Below, one piece after another: positions 1 through 7,858 of a stretch of DNA of 64,000 nucleotides (positions within the stretch are counted from its first letter, which is position 1; each line of letters opens with the position of its first letter). A program made the translations under genes and the position numbers. Origin of the DNA: a virus; the IMG/VR virus record IMGVR_UViG_3300023179_000058, positions 25,766 through 89,765 of that record; one strand, given 5' to 3'. The notes beneath the pieces were generated by a model, which ran no database searches, was not told the DNA's origin, and worked only from the letters and a program-made list of their open reading frames with translations.

Positions 1-133
1 TAAACCACATTAAAGCCATTTCATATGATTGGGTACCGCACATGGGTAGATTGAAGTAAAACAGATTAACAAACCCCAAAATCATAAACAATGGAGTTGG
101 AAAAAGAATGATAAATTTTTTTATATTAGACAT
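1..133 (-). CDS. Partial small membrane protein (runs off window start)
   Basis: Minus-strand ATG at 133 preceded by AGGA; reads MSNIKKFIILFPTPLFMILGFVNLFYF..., hydrophobic and open to the edge. Confidence 0.5.
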   Translation of the reverse strand, partial: MSNIKKFIILFPTPLFMILGFVNLFYFNLPMCGTQSYEMALMWF

Positions 134-189
134 TATTCGTATCCTCAGCGCACGGCTGGCGCGCTCATGCCATATTTATGCTACTTTAC

Positions 190-236
190 TCTTAAAAGGA
201 GAAGTTCTCTCAGTTCGAATCTGAGTGAGGGTACCA
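190..236 (+). pseudogene. 3' remnant of tRNA-Leu(TAA)
   Basis: CT-TAA-AA loop, perfect T arm CTCAG-TTCGAAT-CTGAG and TGAGGGT-A-CCA end; no recognisable D arm upstream. Confidence 0.55.
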
Positions 237-249
237 GAAATAAATAATT

Positions 250-326
250 GCCCAGGTGATGGAATTGGTATACATGTTAGTCTTAGAAACTAAATCTTGC
301 GGGTTCGAGTCCCGCCTTGGGCACCA
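250..326 (+). tRNA. tRNA-Leu(TAG), short variable loop
   Basis: Cloverleaf GCCCAGG/CTTGGGC; anticodon arm TTAGT-CTTAGAA-ACTAA; T loop TTCGAGT; encoded CCA. Confidence 0.93.
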
Positions 327-331
327 AATAA

Positions 332-422
332 GGAAGTGTGGCAGAGTCCGGTTTATTGCAACAGTCTTGAAAACTGTCGGCCTCACAAGGGTCCGTGAGT
401 TCAAATCTCACCGCTTCCGCCA
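332..422 (+). tRNA. tRNA-Ser(TGA)
   Basis: GGAAGTG/CGCTTCC acceptor; ACAGT-CTTGAAA-ACTGT anticodon arm; long variable arm; G73; CCA. Confidence 0.95.
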
Positions 423-442
423 ACATTTACCATGAAAGTGTC

Positions 443-471
443 TTGACATTTTCATAGATACCTGATACAAT
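443..471 (+). promoter_or_regulatory. sigma70-type promoter for the ncRNA array and DUF2828 gene
   Basis: TTGACA-N17-TACAAT. Confidence 0.8.
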
Positions 472-491
472 TGTGATATTGAGTTAGTAAA

Positions 492-712
492 GGGTTGGAT
501 TCAGCAATCTTTAACATAAAACGCTAAAGAACTGTCTTCTACAGGAGGACCACCGCAAGGTGTAATTACGGAGACTAGAGAGTAAACTCGAATTAAATCT
601 GACGCTGGAAAGACAGAAAAATGATGGTAGTCCATTTGATTACGGTGGGGTTTTTTCATCCGCAAGGAAGCACCGTGGTTTAAGAACCGATAATATCTTA
701 CCCGACCAACCC
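492..712 (+). ncRNA. Putative structured ncRNA unit 1 (TTCAGCAA type)
   Basis: Closing stem GGGTTGG/CCAACCC, TTCAGCAA right after the 5' strand, several internal hairpins including GCAA tetraloops; no long ORF. Confidence 0.6.
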
Positions 713-732
713 GATTTTATTATATTATTTAT

Positions 733-852
733 TAGGATAGGTTCAGCAACCCAAAAAAATAGGTTAACGCCTATTTAATACTGACGGCCGAGTTCGCTTG
801 GCGACATGAGTTTCGAGTTCTCATGTAAATCAAAAAGTAGAAAACTATCCTG
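733..852 (+). ncRNA. Putative structured ncRNA unit 2
   Basis: Closing stem AGGATAG/CTATCCT, TTCAGCAA, internal hairpins including GCCGAG-TTCG-CTTGGC. Confidence 0.6.
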
Positions 853-864
853 TTGTTTTAATTT

Positions 865-924
865 TAGGTTAATTCCCGCAATCAAAGCATACGACTTGTA
901 ACCGTAAAAAGCAAACTTAACCTG
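865..924 (+). ncRNA. Putative structured ncRNA unit 3
   Basis: Closing stem AGGTTAA/TTAACCT, TTCCCGCAA, inner hairpin with anticodon-like loop CTTGTAA. Confidence 0.55.
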
Positions 925-939
925 TTGAAAGGAAATATC

Positions 940-2361
940 ATGACTACTTTTGTAGATGCAGTTGTAAACCAAGAAGCCCGTACCGAGAATGGTATGAAGG
1001 CTCGCAAGTCTATCGCCAACGCGGTTGTAGATTTGTTCTATAACGCTGGCGCAAGCCGCGGTAAGAACATTGTGCCAGCATTCTCTGCCGCAATGGCTGA
1101 GAATCGTGACCTTGCATTGCGTGTTGCCGCATGGCTCCGTGATGCGCGAGGTGGTGCTGGTGAGCGTCAATTGTTCCGCGATATTCTAGTGTACCTAGAA
1201 AAGAACGATACTGAAGCCGCAAAGGCTTTACTACGCAAGGTCCCAGAATTGGGGCGTTGGGATGACCTGTTTGTCTTTAATTCTAAAGACATGAAGAATG
1301 AGGCATACACTTTGCTTGGCGATGCATTGCGTTCGCGTAATGGACTTGCCGCTAAGTGGACACCTCGTCAAGGTCCTATCGCAGTTGAAATCCGTAACTT
1401 CTTTGGCATGTCTCCAAAGTTCTATCGTAAGTCCCTAGTCGAATTGACTAAGGTTGTAGAATCTCAGATGTGTGCTAAAGATTGGGACAACATCAACTTT
1501 AGCCATGTGCCTTCTGTTGCATCGGCTCGTTATAAGAAAGCATTCAATCGCAATACTGAAAAGTATGCGGAGTATGTGCAGTCTCTTGTAAAGGGTGACA
1601 ATCCAGAAGTGAAGGTAAATGCATCCGTTGCATATCCATACGATGTGCTTAAAGGTCGCATCGGACACTATGGCGTTACTTTTGACAAGACCGAATTGGA
1701 CTTGATTCAAAAGCAATGGGAAGCATTGCCTAACTATGTTGGCGATGCAAACATCCTCCCACTGGTTGATGTATCTGGCTCTATGTCTTGTCCAGCAGGA
1801 AAGAACACAAAACTTTCTTGCCTTGAAGTAGCAGTCTCTCTGGGATTGTATCTTGCAGACAAGAACACCGGAAAGTTCAAGGACACCTTCTTGACTTTCT
1901 CTAACAAGCCAGAGTTGTTGAATCTGAAAGGTAACATCAACCAAAAGATTGATCAAATGATCAAATCTAAGTGGGAGATGAACACCAACCTACATGCCGC
2001 ATTCAAGAAAATTCTTGATGTTGCAGTAAAGGGTGGTGTGCCTCAAGAAGAAATGCCAGCAATGGTATTGATTTTGTCTGATATGCAGTTTGATCAATGC
2101 ATGACCCATGATGATTCTGCAATTCAGATGATTCAACGCAAGTACAAAGATGCAGGTTATGAAATGCCACAAGTGGTATTTTGGAACCTAAACGCATCGT
2201 ACGGCAACGCGCCAGTCAAATTTGACAAAGGCGGCACCGCTCTGGTGTCTGGCTTCTCGCCAGCGATTGTGAAGCCACTCTTGTCGGGAGACATTGATAA
2301 CTTCACACCAGTATCGATCATGCTGAAAACCATCATGGATGATCGCTACAAAGTTCTTTAA
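940..2361 (+). CDS. DUF2828-type TROVE/Ro60-like protein with C-terminal vWA domain
   Basis: Motifs RDARGGAGER, GRWDDL, AAKWTPR, YPYDV, MIDAS DVSGSM, ILSDMQFD, VFWNL, LVSGFSP; start moved to the ATG after SD AAAGGA. Confidence 0.85.
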   Translation: MTTFVDAVVNQEARTENGMKARKSIANAVVDLFYNAGASRGKNIVPAFSAAMAENRDLALRVAAWLRDARGGAGERQLFRDILVYLEKNDTEAAKALLRKVPELGRWDDLFVFNSKDMKNEAYTLLGDALRSRNGLAAKWTPRQGPIAVEIRNFFGMSPKFYRKSLVELTKVVESQMCAKDWDNINFSHVPSVASARYKKAFNRNTEKYAEYVQSLVKGDNPEVKVNASVAYPYDVLKGRIGHYGVTFDKTELDLIQKQWEALPNYVGDANILPLVDVSGSMSCPAGKNTKLSCLEVAVSLGLYLADKNTGKFKDTFLTFSNKPELLNLKGNINQKIDQMIKSKWEMNTNLHAAFKKILDVAVKGGVPQEEMPAMVLILSDMQFDQCMTHDDSAIQMIQRKYKDAGYEMPQVVFWNLNASYGNAPVKFDKGGTALVSGFSPAIVKPLLSGDIDNFTPVSIMLKTIMDDRYKVL

Positions 2362-2370
2362 GTAGAACGG

Positions 2371-2457
2371 TGAGGATTCGAAAGAGTCCTCATTTTCAAG
2401 CATACTGTGAGTCGGCTTGCTGATAAACTTTAAGTAGAGATGGTGTGCTTGAAAATG
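2371..2457 (+). other. Two RNA hairpins between the DUF2828 gene and tRNA-Gly (possible processing site)
   Basis: TGAGGATTC-GAAA-GAGTCCTCA, then a 16-bp stem 2391-2406/2442-2457 with two G-U pairs. Confidence 0.5.
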
Positions 2458-2461
2458 ATAT

Positions 2462-2535
2462 GCGGGTATGATGTAATGGTAACCTGAAACCTTGCCAAGG
2501 TTTATTCGCGAGTTCGATTCTCGCTACCCGCTCCA
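2462..2535 (+). tRNA. tRNA-Gly(GCC)
   Basis: GCGGGTA/TACCCGC acceptor, U73, AAACC-TTGCCAA-GGTTT, CCA. Confidence 0.95.
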
Positions 2536-2540
2536 ATCAC

Positions 2541-2629
2541 GGAGAGTTGGCAGAGTGGTAATGCACCGGATTGCTAATCCGCCGTTTACGAAAGTAGGCG
2601 CATAGGTTCGAATCCTATACTCTCCGCCA
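2541..2629 (+). tRNA. tRNA-Ser(GCT)
   Basis: GGAGAGT/ACTCTCC acceptor, TT-GCT-AA loop, long variable arm, CCA. Confidence 0.93.
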
Positions 2630-2769
2630 TAAGGATAATGATATGAAAAAAATAAAAGATTGGGCAATCATATTTGCCATGATGATTTTCACGGCATTGC
2701 TTATATACACAGGAGACTTTCTAGGTTGTTATCATATGATAACCTTGTCAACATCATGTGACTGGTTCA

Positions 2770-2798
2770 TTGACATTCAAAACAAATTTTAGTATAAT
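2770..2798 (+). promoter_or_regulatory. sigma70 consensus promoter
   Basis: TTGACA-N17-TATAAT immediately upstream of tRNA-Leu(TAA). Confidence 0.85.
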
Positions 2799-2806
2799 AG
2801 TATTTT

Positions 2807-2883
2807 GCGGATGTGATGGAATCGGTATACATATCAGACTTAAAATCTGAGTTTTGTGGGTTCGAGTCCCACCATCCGTACCA
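2807..2883 (+). tRNA. tRNA-Leu(TAA), short variable loop
   Basis: GCGGATG/CATCCGT acceptor, TCAGA-CTTAAAA-TCTGA, T arm, CCA. Confidence 0.93.
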
Positions 2884-2902
2884 TTTTTTTAAAGGATTAA
2901 AA

Positions 2903-3805
2903 ATGAGAATTGCAGTTTGTTCCGATATTCATCTTGAATTTGGTCCTATAGAATTAAAGAATACTGATAACGCTGATGTACTTGTACTATCTGGCGACAT
3001 TTGCGTTGCTAAAGATTTGATGGAACGCGATAGTTATAATATTCGTGGCGAAAATGATCGTTCAAACAAATACCATGCCTTCTTTGAAAATTGTGGTGCA
3101 GAGTTTTCTAATGTCATTTACATCATGGGTAATCATGAACACTACAATGGTGACTATGCCATTACGCATCGTGTTCTCAAAGAGCGTCTTGGTTACATCA
3201 AGAATCTTCACATTCTAGATAAAGAAACAGTTCGTATTGACGAAGTGACTTTCATTGGCGGCACTCTTTGGACTGATATGAACAAAGAAGACCCTATGAC
3301 TTTGCATGGCATTCGCAGAATGATGAATGACTTCCGTTGTGTAGACAATAGCAACAATATGGTTTCATACAAAGTGTATGATTATGCGAAACGCGAAGAT
3401 GGTACCGATGACTATTCGAAAACTACTGGTGTGACATTTAAAGAAAGACCTGCAATGTTCACGCCTGAAGATGCGGTTGTAGATCATAAGGCGATGGTTG
3501 AGTTCATTCGTCAAACAATCGCAGAGAATCCTACGCATAAGTATGTTGTGTGTGGGCATCATGCACCAAGTCGTTCGTCAACTCACCCTCGCTATAAGAA
3601 AGATGTTTTGATGAATGGTGGCTATAGTTCTAGTCTTGATGAGTTTATCATCGACAATCCACGAATCAAACTATGGACTCACGGTCATACTCATGAAGAC
3701 TTTGACTACATGATTGGTAGCACTCGTATTGTTTGCAACCCTCGTGGCTATATTAACTACGAAGGACGCGCAGATCATTTTGAATTAAAAACTTTTGAAA
3801 TTTAA
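2903..3805 (+). CDS. Calcineurin-like metallophosphoesterase
   Basis: SDIHLE, GDI, GNHEHY, HHAP and HGHTH motifs; start moved downstream of the tRNA. Confidence 0.9.
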   Translation: MRIAVCSDIHLEFGPIELKNTDNADVLVLSGDICVAKDLMERDSYNIRGENDRSNKYHAFFENCGAEFSNVIYIMGNHEHYNGDYAITHRVLKERLGYIKNLHILDKETVRIDEVTFIGGTLWTDMNKEDPMTLHGIRRMMNDFRCVDNSNNMVSYKVYDYAKREDGTDDYSKTTGVTFKERPAMFTPEDAVVDHKAMVEFIRQTIAENPTHKYVVCGHHAPSRSSTHPRYKKDVLMNGGYSSSLDEFIIDNPRIKLWTHGHTHEDFDYMIGSTRIVCNPRGYINYEGRADHFELKTFEI

Positions 3806-3832
3806 GAAGACTGTGTTTTGATGGAGTGATTT

Positions 3833-4243
3833 ATGGATTGCATGGTAATTGGAGATAGTATTGCAGTAGGCGTTGCAATGTATCGCCCGGAGTGTGTAAG
3901 TTATAGCAGAGGTGGTTGGAATTCTTGGCAATGGAATAAAGACTATCTTGCACATGCAACAACTAAACCTTACGAAACAATTATCATTAGTCTAGGCGCG
4001 AATGATCATGCCGGAGTGAAGACTGAAGCCGAATTGCGTAAAATGCGTTCGGCTATCAAAGGTAAGCGAGTATTTTGGATTGATCCAGGTCAAGATCGTA
4101 AGCCAGTTCCGCACGATGCAATTGTACGCATTGCCGCAGAGTATGGCGATACAATCTTGCCAAGACCTAAAGATCACATGAGTGCCGATAAGATTCATCC
4201 TACTGGCACAGGTTACAAAATTTTAGGTAATCAAACCAAATAA
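3833..4243 (+). CDS. SGNH/GDSL hydrolase family protein
   Basis: GDSIA, SLGAND and DKIHPT blocks. Confidence 0.85.
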   Translation: MDCMVIGDSIAVGVAMYRPECVSYSRGGWNSWQWNKDYLAHATTKPYETIIISLGANDHAGVKTEAELRKMRSAIKGKRVFWIDPGQDRKPVPHDAIVRIAAEYGDTILPRPKDHMSADKIHPTGTGYKILGNQTK

Positions 4244-4249
4244 TCTGGT

Positions 4250-4963
4250 TTAATTCCAGTATCTATTATGGTATAAACTTTCCCAATATTTTTTGTTATT
4301 GCGATTAACAAAATTTTTAACAAGATATTTGCCCATACCTAAGTAGCCCATCTTTTTAAATCTACGGCTATCTTGTCCAAAGTGGTGTCGAATAATCTTA
4401 AACTTTCTAGGATTATATTTTTTAGACAAAAAGTAGTCTTCAGATGTTAATAGATTTTCAGGAAACCCACCATACTCTTCAAACTTATCTTTGCGGGTCA
4501 GCATAAATGCACCTACAGCAAATGGGCTAAAGAATTTTAGTGTGTGATTGACTATATTAAATGCTGTAAATCCAATCTTGGCTCGTATATCTTTATCGTA
4601 ACATTTGATGTTTAGTCCAATAAGATGAAGGTTCTTTGATTCCATTTTGTTAACAGCATCTCTAATAACTGTATCTTTAAAGAATCGAACATCAGCATCA
4701 ATAAACAGAATATACGGAGTAGTGACTAGTCTTGCTCCGTTGTTCTTAGCAATAGACACCGGACCACCATCAATAATTTCAACATTCAGTCCAATACTGT
4801 TATCCTTAATAACTTGTCTAGTGGAATCGGTTGAACAATCAGCAATGATTACTCTAGTGTTGCCTATATTTTGTGAGCGTAGTGAATCTAGTAGATGATG
4901 AATATAATTTTCTTCATTCTTACAAGGCACAACAATAGTAATTTTATCACACAATTTTATCAT
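4250..4963 (-). CDS. Family 2 glycosyltransferase
   Basis: IVVPCKNEE, DCSTDST, FIDADV and SED motifs. Confidence 0.9.
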   Translation of the reverse strand: MIKLCDKITIVVPCKNEENYIHHLLDSLRSQNIGNTRVIIADCSTDSTRQVIKDNSIGLNVEIIDGGPVSIAKNNGARLVTTPYILFIDADVRFFKDTVIRDAVNKMESKNLHLIGLNIKCYDKDIRAKIGFTAFNIVNHTLKFFSPFAVGAFMLTRKDKFEEYGGFPENLLTSEDYFLSKKYNPRKFKIIRHHFGQDSRRFKKMGYLGMGKYLVKNFVNRNNKKYWESLYHNRYWN

Positions 4964-5711
4964 TGTCTTTTTCCTTGGTCCAAGTTATAATTTCCCATCG
5001 GCCGCTATGATGTTCTACAAGTGCTGTACAACTTTCAACCCAATCGCCATCATTCATATACATAACACCATTAATTTCTTTAATCTCTGCGTGGTGTATG
5101 TGTCCGCATATAACTCCATCAAAACCTCGCTTCTTACAGTAATTGGCTAAGTTTTCTTCAAACTTGAACATAAAGTCTACTGCCTTTTTAACTCTGTGCT
5201 TGAGATATTTACTGAGACTCCAATATCCAAACCCCATCTTGTGCCGCAGCCAGTTATACCTACTATTGGCAGAAAGAATAAAGTCATATGCTTTATCTCC
5301 TAAGAAGGCTAACCACGGGGCAAGTTTAGTAATGCCATCAAATAAGTCACCATGTGTAACTAGATAATGCTTACCATCTGCACCTATATGTTCTATTTGA
5401 TTGTGAATTTCAACAAGACCAAAACTAAAACCATATGGTATCATTGGTCTAAGAAACTCATCGTGATTACCGGCTATATAAACAACTCTAGTGCCATGTT
5501 TTGCGTGACCTAATATTCTACGCACTACCTTGGTATGACTTTGTTTCCATCGCCACTTGTTTTGTTGTATGCGCCATGCATCAATAATATCACCCACTAG
5601 ATATAGTGTGTCACAACTGTTATGCTTTAAAAAATTATTTAACTTATCCGCTTGACTATCTTTCGTGCCTAAATGCACATCACTCAAAAAAATAGAACGA
5701 TATTTTTTCAT
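4947..5711 (-). CDS. LpxH/PlcP-family metallophosphoesterase (PlcP-like phospholipase C)
   Basis: SDVHLG, LVGDIID, GNHDE, HGD, YWSLS, CGHIH and NDGDWVESCTAL motifs. Confidence 0.85.
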   Translation of the reverse strand: MKKYRSIFLSDVHLGTKDSQADKLNNFLKHNSCDTLYLVGDIIDAWRIQQNKWRWKQSHTKVVRRILGHAKHGTRVVYIAGNHDEFLRPMIPYGFSFGLVEIHNQIEHIGADGKHYLVTHGDLFDGITKLAPWLAFLGDKAYDFILSANSRYNWLRHKMGFGYWSLSKYLKHRVKKAVDFMFKFEENLANYCKKRGFDGVICGHIHHAEIKEINGVMYMNDGDWVESCTALVEHHSGRWEIITWTKEKDNDKIV

Positions 5712-5834
5712 ATAATCCCATTTGTGTTACTCCCCCTTTTGTTTTGAGGTTTTCCATACATGACAAAAAGGATCAATTTTATACTTATTTAGTCAATATA
5801 CCATTTCCGTGTTGTTGTTTTTTAGAGACAAAAC

Positions 5835-5893
5835 TGTTGTTTTTATGCAACACTAAAAAAAGTTCTTGACTTTTTCCATGAAAGGTGTAGAAT
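5835..5893 (+). promoter_or_regulatory. Early promoter cassette (TGTTG-N8-CAACA plus sigma70 promoter)
   Basis: Palindrome 5835-5852; TTGACT at 5866; TAGAAT. Confidence 0.75.
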
Positions 5894-5926
5894 AGGTACT
5901 GTAGTGAGAAAGAAAGAGAGAAAAAA

Positions 5927-6022
5927 ATGACTTTTCTGATGATTCTTCTGGTTCTGTTTACGGTGATGATACTGATTGGTTTTGTTGCCGCTTATAGTGG
6001 TTCTGTTAAAACTTTGGGATAA
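5927..6022 (+). CDS. 31-aa hydrophobic peptide
   Basis: MTFLMILLVLFTVMILIGFVAAYSGSVKTLG after a purine-rich leader; absent from the ORF track. Confidence 0.55.
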   Translation: MTFLMILLVLFTVMILIGFVAAYSGSVKTLG

Positions 6023-6027
6023 TTGAT

Positions 6028-6300
6028 ATGCGTACAAAGCAACTAATTTCTGGCTTGAATAACAACCAAAAAATCCGTGTGATTTGCGAAGGTGTGATGT
6101 TTAACACCACCGTCAAGGATGCCCTTGAAGGCATGGGAATCTATCACCAACGGGTCGCGGTGTTTTCGGCTCTGAATTCGCTAGGTTGTGACCAGCGCCT
6201 GCCTTTGGGTCAACGCCCGACTGGTTTCGGTAGCCGTATTCGGTCGTACAAGGCTGACGGAACTATTGCCGAGGTTGATGTTCAGGTTGACTTGTTGTAA
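6028..6300 (+). CDS. Hypothetical early protein
   Basis: ORF in the early cluster, ending inside the palindrome. Confidence 0.7.
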   Translation: MRTKQLISGLNNNQKIRVICEGVMFNTTVKDALEGMGIYHQRVAVFSALNSLGCDQRLPLGQRPTGFGSRIRSYKADGTIAEVDVQVDLL

Positions 6301-6341
6301 AAAAACAACACACTTGACACTTGCCAAGAATCGTGTATAAT
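6293..6341 (+). promoter_or_regulatory. Early promoter cassette
   Basis: Palindrome 6293-6310; TTGACA-N16-TATAAT. Confidence 0.8.
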
Positions 6342-6372
6342 TGATCCTGTAGTGATTGAAACGGAGAGAAAA

Positions 6373-6549
6373 ATGATCGTAGCAGTTACCAAATCCCAAC
6401 CCTTCGGCAATGAAGTCCTTGCAACCTTTACTTCCCTTGCCGCCGCTGAAGCGTTTGCCGAGACTATGCTCGGCGATCCTGGAATCAGCCTTGTCGAATG
6501 CAAGTTGGTTGTCGGTCCTTTTGGTATGAAAATGTTGCCTGTTGCGTAA
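6373..6549 (+). CDS. Hypothetical early protein
   Basis: SD GGAG; ends PVA-stop inside the palindrome. Confidence 0.7.
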   Translation: MIVAVTKSQPFGNEVLATFTSLAAAEAFAETMLGDPGISLVECKLVVGPFGMKMLPVA

Positions 6550-6588
6550 AAACAACAGGGTTGACAATTGCCAAGAGTCCTGTATAAT
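6540..6588 (+). promoter_or_regulatory. Early promoter cassette
   Basis: Palindrome 6540-6557; TTGACA-N16-TATAAT. Confidence 0.8.
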
Positions 6589-6618
6589 AGAATCTGTTGA
6601 GTGAGAAAGGAAAACGAA

Positions 6619-6855
6619 ATGGCTAAAGTTGATTATGTGAATGTTGAAGATGGTTGCATTGAATTCTACGCCGGACTTGGCAACCTTGTTGTGAAGTCCA
6701 ATGACCGGTTGGTCCTAGCCCAAGCGGTGATTGATGCTGGCGGATTTGCCGATGCGGTCTACGGCTCGTCCTCATGCGATTTTGCTACCGAGTACGGATT
6801 CCCTACTCAGTTTGCCTACGATAAACTTTTTAAAGATGTTTGTGAATTGGTGTAA
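6619..6855 (+). CDS. Hypothetical early protein
   Basis: SD AAGGA, directly after the promoter. Confidence 0.7.
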   Translation: MAKVDYVNVEDGCIEFYAGLGNLVVKSNDRLVLAQAVIDAGGFADAVYGSSSCDFATEYGFPTQFAYDKLFKDVCELV

Positions 6856-6857
6856 TT

Positions 6858-7040
6858 ATGATGAAAATTGAAACCGCTATCGGTATCCTCGAAAAAGAAC
6901 GACAATTCTTGGGCTTGGGCTTTTTGGAATTGTTGCAGGACATTCAAGCCAACGGCAAAATGATTTACTCGGAACGGGTTATGGAAGCCTTTGACCGGTT
7001 CATGATTGACGGTCGCCGGATGTTCGCACCTGTTGCGTAA
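6858..7040 (+). CDS. Hypothetical early protein
   Basis: Closely coupled ORF; ends PVA-stop inside the palindrome. Confidence 0.65.
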   Translation: MMKIETAIGILEKERQFLGLGFLELLQDIQANGKMIYSERVMEAFDRFMIDGRRMFAPVA

Positions 7041-7089
7041 AAACAACACTTTTGCTGGTGCTTGACAGGACGGCAAAATCCTGTATAAT
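7031..7089 (+). promoter_or_regulatory. Early promoter cassette
   Basis: Palindrome 7031-7048; TTGACA-N16-TATAAT. Confidence 0.8.
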
Positions 7090-7119
7090 AGGTACTGTAC
7101 TGATTGATGAGGACTTGAT

Positions 7120-7857
7120 ATGAAATTGCTTTCGACCGGAAACCCCAAAATTCTCAAGGGCATGGCTCAAGGTTACAATACCTACATTCTGCACCTTGCA
7201 CCGGCTGATGTAAGCGGTTACGAAACCTGTCCTAAGCGTACCGCCGGTTGTACTGCCGCTTGCCTGAATACGGCTGGTCGTGGTGGTATGTTCAAGCGTG
7301 GCGAAACCACTAATGTGATCCAAGAGGCACGGAAGCGTAAGACCCGTTTGTTTTTTGAGAACCGCGGCGCCTTTATGCTTCAACTTTACCTTGATATTAA
7401 AAAGGCAATCAAGCAATCCGAAAAACTTGGCTTGATTCCTGTGTTCCGTTTGAACGGCACTTCGGATATTGCATGGGAAAAGTATGAGGTTCAGGACGGC
7501 AAGAACATTTTTCAAATGTTTCCGAATGTGACTTTTTATGACTACACCAAAATGTTGAATCGTAAAGGTCGCGCCCTGCCGAATTATCACCTGACATTCT
7601 CTGCCGCGGACGGCAATGATGCCGATGTTGCAAAGGCTATTGAACAAGGGTATAATGTTGCTACGGTGTTCGGTATCAAGAAAACCCTGCCAATGCCTGA
7701 GACTTACATGGGCTTGCCTGTGTTCAATGGTGATGATTCCGACCTGCGTTTCCTTGATCCGAACGGTGTTGTGGTTGGCTTGTACGCAAAAGGCAAGGCT
7801 AAGAAGGACACCAGCGGTTTTGTGAAGTTTCCTACTATTATGATGAAAGCGGCTTAA
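7120..7857 (+). CDS. GP88-family phage protein (Cys motif, radical-SAM-like)
   Basis: CPKRTAGCTAACL, RLNGTSDI, FYDYTK, NYHLTFS, GDDSDLRFLD. Confidence 0.75.
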   Translation: MKLLSTGNPKILKGMAQGYNTYILHLAPADVSGYETCPKRTAGCTAACLNTAGRGGMFKRGETTNVIQEARKRKTRLFFENRGAFMLQLYLDIKKAIKQSEKLGLIPVFRLNGTSDIAWEKYEVQDGKNIFQMFPNVTFYDYTKMLNRKGRALPNYHLTFSAADGNDADVAKAIEQGYNVATVFGIKKTLPMPETYMGLPVFNGDDSDLRFLDPNGVVVGLYAKGKAKKDTSGFVKFPTIMMKAA

Positions 7858-7858
7858 T

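Noticed and set aside
775-1170. 131-aa minus-strand ORF across the ncRNA units
   Set aside because: Antisense to the DUF2828 gene and structured RNAs, with no recognisable features.
2813-2902. ORF-track N-terminal extension of the phosphoesterase
   Set aside because: It overlaps tRNA-Leu(TAA); the real start is the ATG at 2903 after AAGGA.
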